A stretch of 64,000 nt of DNA, from assembly GCF_009914755.1 (NCBI RefSeq), contig NC_060927.1. One strand, given 5' to 3'. The stretch is from the human T2T-CHM13v2.0 reference genome, Homo sapiens. The notes below the pieces were generated by a model that searched no databases, was not told the origin of the DNA, and saw only the letters and a program-made list of their open reading frames with translations. Shown in pieces: positions 52,771 through 64,000 of the stretch. Both the position numbers and the translations under genes were made by a program. The stretch's first letter is position 1, and each line of letters begins with the position of its first letter.

Positions 52771-55700
52771 CATGTAGCCTAATGTCACAAGCTTTGTGTT
52801 CTTAAGTGACAAAATTTGGAGGGAATACAAAGAAGTGTGGCTTCTACGCCTCCCAACCATGCACCCTCCTGAGAAAAAGAGAATGCCACCCTGAGGCTAC
52901 AGGGATTTAAAATGAATGACCCTCAACTTCCTCCACAACTTACTCTAGACGGCTTCTTACCTTTGAGCTTTCATCCCTGCACTCCCCACACCTACTTAAG
53001 CTCTAGGAGTATCTCTGGTTGAGTAGATCAAAGTAAACAAGGAAGCGAGCAAACACATGGAAACCTGAGTCTGCACGGAATAAATGTTTGCTGATTGACT
53101 GCATAAATGCATTTAACCAAGAGGAGGGCATTTCCAAGGTAGCTTCTCAATCCTAGAAACAACTGAGCAGGGTTGATGACCTGCATGCAGTCCCCGGCCT
53201 GGAGCACACACCAAGAGGACACAGATGTGGCACCTGTTCTCTCAGCCATGGATCTAATAAGACGTTTATTTTATCCCCTTCAGGGAAAAGCATATCTGAT
53301 AACAGGTAAGTGATCCCACCTGCCCTGTGTTACTGCCCCGGCCCTCTGCCCAGGCCTGCAGTAACAATTGGCTTCAGAGAGGGACCCAGTGCCCAGGATC
53401 ATATTCCATTTTCCCAGGGGGAGCGGAAGCAAGCCCTGAATCCCTGGGGCCTTAGTCCACACTCTGTGAGGCTAGCAGAGGAGACTCAAACATGTAGCTC
53501 AGGCAGCTCCCTGCCCCTGCTGAATAACCTTCAGTAGCTACCCACGGCCTTCAGAACAAAATCTGGAGGCTGGGTGTGGGTTTGACAGGTCTCCGCCTAC
53601 CCCACACCCCTGGGCTTCACCTGTTTCCACTGCTTCTCGCCATTGGTTCCCAGAATTGGCCTCGCCCTCCTGAGCACTCCACCTTTGGCTCTTCTGTCCC
53701 AGGTAGACTCCTGCTCATGCTCCCGGACCCTCCTCTTCACTAGGAAGCTTTCCCCTCCCTGCAGGGGCTCCCTCCAGCCCCCACATCACCTTGTTCTCCC
53801 AGTGCACTCTAATTTAATGTCTTTCACCTGGATTGAGAGCCCCTGGAGGGCAGGCATGGCGCCAGCTTCATTTCTGTACCCTCAGCACTGTCCAGCATGG
53901 GCCCGCCACCGAATCTGACAGGGGCTCGGGGAACCTCTCCCAACTGGACAAGCTCCAGCAACGTGGAGTTCACAGTGGACTTTGACACCATGAAATTAGG
54001 TCACATTTTTAGGTGGAGTCTTTGCCCCCACGTATTACCTAAGTGTATTCATTCAACCGTGACTGAGTACGTGATCTGTGCCAGAACTGCATGAGAAAAA
54101 TAAAGCCCTGTGCTCATGGAATGGAGCTCGTGTTCTATAAGGGGGTGGGGGGTGGGGCGGCAGGCAAGAATTCAAATGGATAAACAAGATCATTTTTGAT
54201 GGAGGAGGAACGTAGTACGTGGGGTGGAAGGCGATTACCTGGATTCTGGAGGGCTTCTTTGAGAAGAAGACATTTGAGATAACACAGAACCAAGGGGAAG
54301 GTGGGAGAGGTAGCTTGTGCTAGGCTTTCCCACAGGCCTTTCAATTCAGAGTTTCATCTGTACCGCCTTGCTGAACAGTGCACCATTTCTGTGCAAGAAA
54401 CCACCAGGTGGTAGGAGCACAGTATTGGAGAGCAGAGGGGCTGGGGCTGGTGGGGGGCCATGGGGGCCACACCCCTGCACTGCCCTCTACTAGCTCTGCC
54501 CTGAGCCCCTGCTGGGCCTGTGTAAAATCAGAAAATATCTTTCTCTTGGCCTAGGGGTTTCATTTCCCAAGTGTGTCCCCAGAAGTGCCGTTAACTGGAT
54601 GCCCAAGGAGAGCTGGCACCTTACAGAGTGGATTCCTCCACACTGAGTAGTAACCCATTGCTGACTGGCAGCCAGTCACCTGCCCCCAGGCTCTGTGCCC
54701 GCCCCTTGCTCACCATTTTCTGGCTGGACAGAGTCCAGACATCGGACTTCCATCTACCCTATGTCATCTCCCCCTACCAGCCTGGAGCTGAGGGTGAGGG
54801 CAGCTTGCTCAGCCCTAGCAGCTGCATATTTAATTAAAATGGAATCACAGTTCACCCAGGTACCATGGGGTAAAACAAAAGGCCCTTTCACGGCGAGAAC
54901 TGGCTCTGCTTACAGGCATTGGCCGTGGATTTACTCACAAGCCTCTGGTTTCAAACTCCAGACGGGGCTGGTGCTCTGGTTCCTAATCAGTGGGATCTGC
55001 CGCCCCCTCCCTGCCCCTGGCCCGGCAGTGCTGACTCTGGCTTGCACAGGGGCCCTCTGCCCAGTTGAGAGCCTGCCTGCAACTGTCCTGAGGGCACCTG
55101 GGGATCACTCACCTTGCTTCCCAGAAAACCAACCTTTTCCCTCCCTGCAGAGGGCTGAGTGAGGGCATGGGGAGGGGGATGAGCTGGAATGAGGGGGTTG
55201 ACCATAGAAAACACATGGCGGTCAGGCAAAAGCCCAGATGAAGTGTTTGGGGCAGGGCAAGACTAAGAAGTCCCTGGGAAAGAGGTCGGGTGTATGGTTG
55301 TGACTCACCACCCAGCAACACCCCAGCTTCCAATACCTGGACATTCTCGGAGCCTACAAAACCAGGAAGCACAGGGTGCCAGCCAGGAGACCCCTGTGGG
55401 TCTGTGAGCCTACTGTGCACCAGGTCCGGCCTTGCGGGCTTGCCCTGCTGAGATCTCTCAAGAATCTCTGAGGACAGAGGGGATAGTGTGCCAAGTGTGG
55501 TAAAGGGCAGGAGAGTGGCCACTCTCTAGGCAAAAAAGAAGAAGGTGTCCCCAGAGGCCATGATTGGTGCCCAGCGTGAGCCAGGACACTCCAGGAACAC
55601 TCAGAATTGGCACAGAGGAGTCCAGTTCGGTCATACCCTGAGTCCTGGGCCCATAATAAGGGGGGCAGCCACTGGCTGGTCCCTGGGACAGGCTCCAATT

Positions 55701-56859
55701 GTGGCTTATTCAGCCTCAACCCCCTGAGTGGAGGAATAACACGGGGAGGGAGGCCTTGCCTGAGTCAGAGGCCTTGGATCTGGCCTGGCTGTGCCCCAGG
55801 CTGGCTGTGAGAGTCTCCCCTTGCTGGGCCTCGGTTACCTCATTTATAAATGGAGGTCATAATTTGAACCCCTGATTGTGGAGGAACAGTGAGTCAGAAG
55901 GTCTCTAAGACCTGTTCAACCTAGCATTCTCTGTCTGTCTCAGTCATTTAGTACATATCTGGCTCCCAGTCTTCCCCCAGGCACCTCCTCATTAAGACTG
56001 GTGGCTCACCAGAGCCTGGCAGGGAAGGACCCCGGGGAGGGGAACGCCCAGGAGCCTGCATGTACACACAGCAGCTCACACCTGACATCAGCAAGAGCTA
56101 TGGGGGAGACCCACACCTTAGAACTTGGGCAGGGCCCAAATGGAGGCCCCTGGAGTTCAGGGCTGAGGGGAGCCCCACTAGGAGCCATCCCCCAAGTCCC
56201 TTCCAGCCATGGCCCTCCTCCCTACCCTCTTTCTTATTTGTCTTCATTTCCCCCCAGCTAAGCCTGCTCTTGGGCACATAATTCATTAATATGGGATTAA
56301 AGGGATCCAGGCTGCCTAACCCTGAACGTGACCCTGGACAACCTGAGGCCCAGTGGTGAAGAAGGCCCAGGATGTCCTCCCCGCGCCTGCAGAGGAAGAG
56401 CTGAGGCTCCAGCGGCTCTCCTGGCAGCCAGAGGCAGTGCTGGGTTGAAGCCCCCTCGGAGCCCCCTCCCCACTTCCTGCCCTGGCCTCTGCCCCCTCCC
56501 TGCCCTCATCAAAATGGAGAAAGCACTGAAAAATTCTCACTCCTTTGGTCACAGAATGTGGGGGTCTGTTCTGGAATCCCACCCACTCTTCACCCCCTTT
56601 TTTCTCCTTGTCAGGCTGCTCACATCCCGGGACTTTCCCAGACTCTGCCGTTGTGGAAGTTTCTAAGATGACGGCTGGCCCTCGCTTTCCACAGAGTGTG
56701 TCCTTAGACCATGATGCTCAGAGAAGGGATTTCAGGCCACACAGTCAGGACATGGTGCCTGCATCCTTTCATTCTTGGGAGGTTGTCTCAGGGAGAAAAG
56801 AACTGGCTCAGGGTTAATGTGCCTTGAACACCTCTGACCTTCTCCCTCCTAACAGAGAG

Positions 56860-57115
56860 ACACAGAGCAGAACTCAGGCAGCGGCAGCGAGGTGGAATTT
56901 AATCATAGGATGATTTTTATTTCTTTGTATTTATTTTAATGCTTAGCTCCTGTTGATGACAAGCGATATTATAAACCACTTAATTGCATTAAAAAGTTTC
57001 TTTTAAAGAGAACATAATCAGGTAAAATGGTGAACTGATGAAAACAAGACTAAATGGGTAATCGCGTGGGTTGTTTACAGATAAAAACAAATGACTGAAG
57101 TTGGAGGGAAACTGA
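56860..57115. mobile_element. MER113-like hAT remnant
   Basis: AT-rich body ending aatgactgaagttggagggaaactg. Confidence 0.5.
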
Positions 57116-57429
57116 CATGGAGGCCAAACTCCACCCTTCACAGGTGGATAAAGCATTTGCCCAAGGTGAGCTCCTGGCAAACTGGGCTTTGAACTGGGCC
57201 ACACCTGGTACCACACCTCAGAGCCTCCCTCCTCCTCCACTTTTGGGGCTGTTTCATTTCTCTTCTCTCTGAACTGAGCCTCCTTCTTTTCTTAACTTCT
57301 CAGCACCCTCTCTTTCACTTTCTCCCACATCCCCTCTGTTCTCTCAAGGCTGTGAAGCCCTATTTAAGGCCATCCTTCCACTGGCCAAGAGGCAGAAACC
57401 TGAACTGGTGAGAAACGATGATGAGGTGT

Positions 57430-57655
57430 GTCAGGAAGAACTCAGACCCCGCATCCAGCCCTGGTGACCCCGGCCCTCTTGAGCTGAGCAAGCCTACAGC
57501 AGCAGTTCACCTTCTCTGGGCCTGGCTTCATTTCCTTGGTAAGAAAATAATGACTTCATCCCCCTGGGGTAGAGGCCTAAATGAGCCGATGCCTCTAAAA
57601 TGCCTAGCACGGTGCCCGGTGTGTTTGGCAGATGCTCGATACACGTCAGTTCTCT
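57430..57655 (+). mobile_element. MIR
   Basis: ttcaccttctctgggcctggcttc...aaatgcctagcacggtgcccgg...gatgctcgata. Confidence 0.6.
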
Positions 57656-58289
57656 AATAGAATCGTTTCTTTTCAAAAGGATCACAGCATTGCTGTGAGT
57701 GTCCTTGGTATGTTCAGTGACATTCTTGACAGCAGATGAGGAGTCTTAAAATCGCTTTAAAAATAGAGAAGTAGTCATTTATAATTTGCACACTCATTGT
57801 TGGAATGCAAATGCTGCTGCTAAAAGCCTGCTCTCCTAAGTGGGCTTGTGACACCGTCAATCTGCTTAGCAAAGCCTTTGCTTCTGTCAAGTGCAGGTAA
57901 GAGCCCTCTTGCAAGCGTTCATGATAACAGAGTTCAGACTTAGCTCCTGGAAATGAGATTTTACTGATGTGGTTACTGTGGGGCCCCGGTAACCCAGCTG
58001 TTCTCTACCCTCTGTTCCTCCTCCCCCAGCTGCCCAGATCACGGGGGTAGGGCTAAGAAAAATGAATCAGAGCTGAGGTGTTCACAGATCTTCGTTCTGG
58101 CATTACATATCAATCCACCTTCTCCTTCAGTCTTTCCAGGAAAAAAAAACAAATCTAAGCCCAATAAATAGACTTAACTCTCAGACGACAGAGCAACCAC
58201 AAAGGAAATGAAGGTCTTTTGGGTCCCTGGAGGAGGGTAAGACCCAGTCAGGGTGGAGGTATCATTCTGTCTTCAGCCCTCCCTCCCCT

Positions 58290-58770
58290 GAGAGATATAT
58301 GTTTGACTGGGTGGCAGGTCTTCCCTTGGGAGTCCCACAGGCATCTAAACTTAACATGGTCCAAGCTAGAGTTATCACCCCTCCTCCCTCTGCCTCCATA
58401 CTTTTCTCCTCCCAGATGCCCCAACTTGGTGAGAAACACCACTGAGTTACCCAGGTGGGTCAGGGAGCTGGCAGGCACCTTGGCCTCACCTCCCTCACAC
58501 TCTCCAAGTCAATCTCTGCATAAATTTGACCCTTCTAGGATCTCTCCTCCCCTCTCACCCCATAGCCATGGCCCAGGTCACCATCACCTTCTGCCTGGAG
58601 CCCTGTTAAGACATCCACCCACCTCCCTAGCTGCCATCTCTTCTCTCCAAGCCAGCCTCCACATGGCAGGTGGGCTAAAGTCATACAACACACTTCCCAT
58701 TGTTTCACTTCTCTGCCCCAAACCTCACAGTCTCCCCTAACCTTCCGGATGAAGTCCAAACTCCCTAACT
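58290..58770 (+). mobile_element. L2 fragment
   Basis: tcccacaggcatctaaacttaacatggtccaa...ggatgaagtccaaactccct. Confidence 0.7.
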
Positions 58771-58917
58771 CCTCTGCAGACCAAGTATTGATTGGGTGCT
58801 TCTTGTGGGCCAGGTCTTGGCCCCCAGCTATCAGACACAAGCCTGTCTGCACAGAGTCTGGAATCCATAGCTTCTCATATCACCTACCACCACATGCCCC
58901 ACTGTTGGGTCTAAACT

Positions 58918-59220
58918 AGGACTGCAAACTGGCAGCCCCCTTCTATTCTGTTTGGTTTTCCCAGTGTTGGCTCAGTGTTTTGAAGTCAAGAGATTCCACA
59001 TAAAAACCTGGGTCCCTGACATCTCTGGAAAACTTGGAAGACCAGGTAACACTAGGCCAGCTTCTCTTCATATTAATAATTGCATGGAGCAGAGTCCTAC
59101 TTCCCTTTAGAGCCATCAAGCCCTTTCCAATTGGCCACAGTCTCCACCACTCCATATTGTCTTCTACCCAGACTACTTTTTTCACAGCTCGTGGGTGTGG
59201 GGCCTGTGGATATTAAAACC
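58918..59220. mobile_element. MER102-like hAT element
   Basis: ccacataaaaacctggg...ctggaaaacttggaagaccaggtaacactagg...ggccacagtctccaccactccatattgtct. Confidence 0.7.
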
Positions 59221-59908
59221 TGCTCCCCCTCCTCCATGTACAGCTTTCCCAGTGCATTCAACTGTTCTTGTTCTGAGCTTTAGCCCCTGCTGATCCCTCC
59301 TCCTGGAATGCCCTTTTTACCCTGTCTATTAAAAGTGCTCCTGCTGCTTTTAATAGAATATGCCACAGCCTTCTGTGTCCCCACTGTACAGACATCCTTC
59401 CAAGCATCTATTGCACCAAAGCATCCTCGTTTATTAATACTTCCATCTCTGCCACTAGAGTATGAGCCCACTCCACATCTCTAGGGAATAACACACTAAC
59501 TACTTCACAAAATGGGTCTTCAGGAAATTGTTCATGGGTGATGGGCAGATGCTGACAGTAACAAGAAAATAGCGACAACAATACTAGCCTATGTGCTGGG
59601 CTCCAGGCTAAGCATTTCCATACGTCCTCTCATTTAATGCTCAACAGAGGTCAATGTGGGATGCTAGTATCATCTCTATTCTACATATGGAAAGACTGAG
59701 GCTGGAGCCCAGGGTCTGATTCCAAAGCTGGCCTGTTCACCATCCCTGGGCAATAGCCTCCTTGCCTCTGTTAGGCTCAAAGTCTTTCTTTTTCCCCGCC
59801 TGACAAGTCATGGACCAGAGAGGGCAGGCTGGGGGGAAACTGGGGAACAGTTCTGGGAACCAGAGCTGGGGCTCCTTAGCTTGTCAGGAAATAAAGACCT
59901 AAGAACAG

Positions 59909-60484
<576 letters not shown>

Positions 60485-60519
60485 AACCTAAGGACTCGGG
60501 TTGCTGTTTCCAGTGGAGG

Positions 60520-60720
60520 AGTTCAGTGTTCAATCTGGGCTCTGCCGCTTGTGATCTGCATGAGACCCCCGGTGAGATAACGCAGCTCTCTGAGCCTCAG
60601 TTTTCTCATCTATAAAATGAGGGTAGTACTGTACCCATATACTCCACGGCCAGAGTGTATGTGAGAGGAGGCAATGCATGTCAAGAGCCTGGCTTGTGTT
60701 TAATAGATGGTGGCAATGAC
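60520..60720 (+). mobile_element. MIR
   Basis: ctctctgagcctcagttttctcatctataaaatgagggta. Confidence 0.8.
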
Positions 60721-61218
60721 TCTTAGCAGAGTCCTTGGGCAAAGCTGTAGTCCGCACCATCTAACCCCAAGATCTCAGCCCCTGACCAGGGGGGTGGAGT
60801 TAAAAGCCAGGATTAAGGTCCTTTGCTAGTCTTTGGTGAAGTAGGGAGTGCAAGACTTCCAATCCTCCTGGCTTGTATATTGGGTTGGAGGTCCAGTTCC
60901 CTTACTTAGTTAACTCTGGAAGTCAGTCTGAATCCTGTGGGTGGACGTGTGTGCAGCGGAGGTACACATGTGCATGCAGGGGAGTTTTGGAGATGTGTAT
61001 CTGTGTGTCTGTGCCAGGTAAATGTGTCTACTTTTACAACGGTTTGGAGCACTAATGTGTGTGTCTGTGTGTATGTGTGTTTTACACACCTGCTTATGTA
61101 TAAGACCTTTCCCCATACTCCTATCCATTCCTCCCTAAGTCTCCCTCAGTCACTGCTGTATCCCCAGGGCCTGGCACATAGTAGGTGCTCAGTAAACGTA
61201 AGTGTAATGACGGAGTCT

Positions 61219-61220
<2 letters not shown>

Positions 61221-61258
<38 letters not shown>

Positions 61259-61325
61259 AGAGAGGGGGGGGAGAGAGAGAGAGAGAGAAAGAAAGAGAGA
61301 GAGAGACAGAGAGAGAGAGAGAGAC
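61221..61325. repeat. (AC)17 followed by an imperfect (AG)n compound microsatellite
   Basis: Direct reading. Confidence 0.97.
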
Positions 61326-62580
61326 TGTTCCCATCAACCTTTGTCTTAAAAACATTTAATTTGGCAACTCAGGTATGAATCTCATACTTTTTAAAAATGT
61401 TCTATCTTTTCCAACTTCACACAGAGACAAGATGTGGCACTGGCTTGGCGGTCGGCAGGAAGCTGGTTGACCACGTACTGGCTGTGTGACACTGGCCAGT
61501 TGCTTCTCCTCTCTGATCCACTTGTGTGAGGGTTGAATAAGCCCAGGCAGTGGAAAGCCCAGAACAGAGCCTGAAACAGTGGAGGAAGCTGCAAAGGAAG
61601 TTGTTTAGTTGCAGTACTTCCAACCAGGAATCCCCCACAAAGCTGGGCACTCCCAGACCTCCAGCCCTGGACCTTAGAAACCATTGCTCCCTGACATTTC
61701 CATTTCTCCTAAGCCAAGGTCTTTTCCAAAGCCAGGCAGAGTCCCTGGACTCCCTGGAGAGGGGTCAGTGGTGAGCCAAGGCAGTGCCCCATTAGCCATC
61801 CCCCAGGTATCCCTGACCCCTGCACACCTGGCACCCTGGCCAGGACACAGAACCTTTCTAAATGATCCATTTCTAGGGTAGGCTCTGCACAACCAACCTG
61901 CTCAGTGGCATTGCCATTCAATACCTGAAAAATCTATCCACACTAGGGACATGGCATCCACTTTCCACACTTGCACTTAGATGGAAAGGGGGTGCAACCC
62001 CAAGCAGCGAGGGCCAAGCTAAGCCTGCTGTAGGTGCAGGGTGAGATCTTTCTGTTTGAGTGTGGCAGCTATCACAAGTTCAGTGACTACATGTAGATTT
62101 GGAGGGTGTGTGGATGATAAATCTGGCATTGACTCAGCATCACCAGGGTTTACCATGAAGCTTGCTAGGGCAGGGGTCTAGGGGGGTGATACTATATCGA
62201 AGTCAGGTCCCAGTGTGACCAGATTTGACCTTATGACCTCCCTCCCTCTCTCTTCCACCTGCTCCTTCTCCCCTTGTCCCCTCTCTCATCAAGAGGCAGC
62301 ATCACCCACCCAGGCCTCACTGTCCACTTTGAAATCATCCCTGACACTTCCTTTTCCTTCACGATTGACCCTTGTCACTCAAACTCGGAAAAGAGCAGAG
62401 CTGTCCCCTGCTGTCTACCTCCTGACTCCACTGCCTTGGTCTAAGCACTGGCCTCTAGGATTTTTAAGTCATAGCTTTCTTCTCTGGAAGGTCCCTGTCT
62501 CCCTCCTCACTCCATCCACACTGTAGTTTTCTAAGATGCAAAGCTGACCACATCAAGCCCCCATTATAAAGTCTGCAGTG

Positions 62581-62741
62581 CCACTGGGCATGGTGGCTTG
62601 TGCCTGTAGTCCCAGCTACTGGGGAGGCTGAGGTGGGAGGATCACTTGAGCCCAGGAGTTTGAAGCTGCAGTGAGCAATGATTGTGCCACTGCACTCCAG
62701 CCTGGGCCACATAGTGAGACCTTACCTCTTAACAAAAAAAT
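62581..62741 (+). mobile_element. Free right Alu monomer (FRAM or truncated AluJ) inserted in an L2 (~62300-63230)
   Basis: Right-arm sequence only; degenerate TSD taaaRtctKcagtg at 62567-62580 and 62742-62755. Confidence 0.85.
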
Positions 62742-64000
62742 TAAAATCTTCAGTGTCTCTCACCTGTCTGTAAGACCAAGTCCTGACTCCCTCAACTGGC
62801 CTTGGAGGCCTTTGGTGATGAGGCCCTGTCAGTTTCCTCTGCTGGCTCTCTGCAGCCTCTGCTCAGACCTGCCGAGCCCGTCACCACATACGATCACATT
62901 TTGTATGTTCAAATCTCTTTGCAGTCACTCATAAGATTTTGGCTGCCCTTTGTTCCCTGAAGAACTCTTACTCATCTGCCAAGACCTGGTTGAAATGGCC
63001 CTTCATCTGTAAAATCTTCTCCAGCACCCTGAGGCCCCACTGGCCTCTTCCTCCCCTGGCCAGACCCTCTCTTATCACACCTCACATGGTACTACAGTTA
63101 TCTAAGAAACCATTCTCTTGGCAAGACTAGGGGCGCTGCTGGGGAGAGGCCTATTTCAGTCCTACTAAATCCCCTGGTGCCTAGCAGGGAGCTGGCGTGC
63201 ACAAGGCCCTCAATAAACATCTGGTAAAAAATGAGGGAAGGAGCTCAGGTCCTTTGGGGAAGTCCTATAACCCCCTTGCCTTGACTGCAAGCCAACAGCA
63301 ACCTTCCTTCCCCGGAATTCCGGGCCACCTTGAGTTTTGGCAGAGCCAAGTCCTGCCGCTGCTTCATGGAATGAGCAGGAACGGACTCTGAGCTGTTTCC
63401 TCCTCCAATCGAAACAGCCATAGCCCTGGCACCAACAGCTCTATCAGCTCTGTCTCAGGACCCCGTGGCTCTACTGCACCCACGTCCCTCACTTACCCTC
63501 CTGGGTGTGTACCAGGCAAGCTGTAACCCAGGAGCAGGCCTCTCCTGTGCCCTGGGCTCTGGGACTCTGGGCTGAGGGTCTGGAGGGCAGGGAGCTGTCT
63601 GGAACTCTGGCTGCCAGCAGCAGGGCAGAGACACAGAGAGCCGCTGCTGCAGAGCCCACAGCCGCCCCCACCCATGACTACGGCTCTGGCAGCCGCAAGG
63701 AGCCTCCCGGCATCGATCAGCCCTGCTACTCCAAGCCTCCTCGGCGCGCCTGGCTGAAGCCGGGAGCTTTCCAAGTGTGTGTAAAAAGAAAGAAAATGAA
63801 AGAAAGTCAGCCAACAGAGGCCATCGGTGGGGGTTGGATGGTAAAGCACTTGCCAGTATAGAAATGCCACTGGTTGGGCAGCGGGAGATCCTCTGACAGG
63901 TGTGTGCAAGGGGAGGCCTACCTGGAGGTCCAGGTAACTGAGGGTTAACCCTTTAAGAGCCAGCTCCTCTGCCAACTAGGTTTTGGGTCTTGTTTTGTTT

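Noticed and set aside
56890-57110. AT-rich block that looked like a conserved enhancer
   Set aside because: Better explained as a MER113-like DNA transposon remnant

Overview
This is primate (very probably human or great-ape) non-coding nuclear DNA, not prokaryotic. It carries AluJ/S/Y and FRAM SINEs, a 5'-truncated L1PA with a 16-bp target-site duplication (TSD), and old L1M 3' ends. It also has MaLR/ERVL solo LTRs (THE1, MLT1, LTR16, LTR33-like), hAT MITEs (MER5A, MER20, MER20B, MER58A, MER102, MER113-like), a very high density of MIR and L2 fragments, and several microsatellites. I recognise no host protein-coding gene, RNA gene or CRISPR array. The only recognisable protein in the ORF track is the broken C-terminus of L1 ORF2p; the other ORFs look like chance or repeat-derived frames. 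I could not name the locus, and I found no evidence of a new multi-gene biological system. What the repeat annotation does not explain is a set of short locally templated duplications: a 245-bp inverted copy dropped into a MIR, a 159-bp copy of a MIR/L1MB junction 3 kb away, a ~90-bp copy later split by an Alu, 71-bp and 79-bp tandem duplications, a fold-back scar at an AluJ tail, and a trimeric Alu. Several unique islands also have enhancer-like or splice-like signatures: a SOX+3bp+octamer element, a perfect ERE in a MIR, homeobox-rich AT islands and candidate exons. Repeat subfamily names are from recall of consensus sequences, and boundaries of old repeats are approximate.
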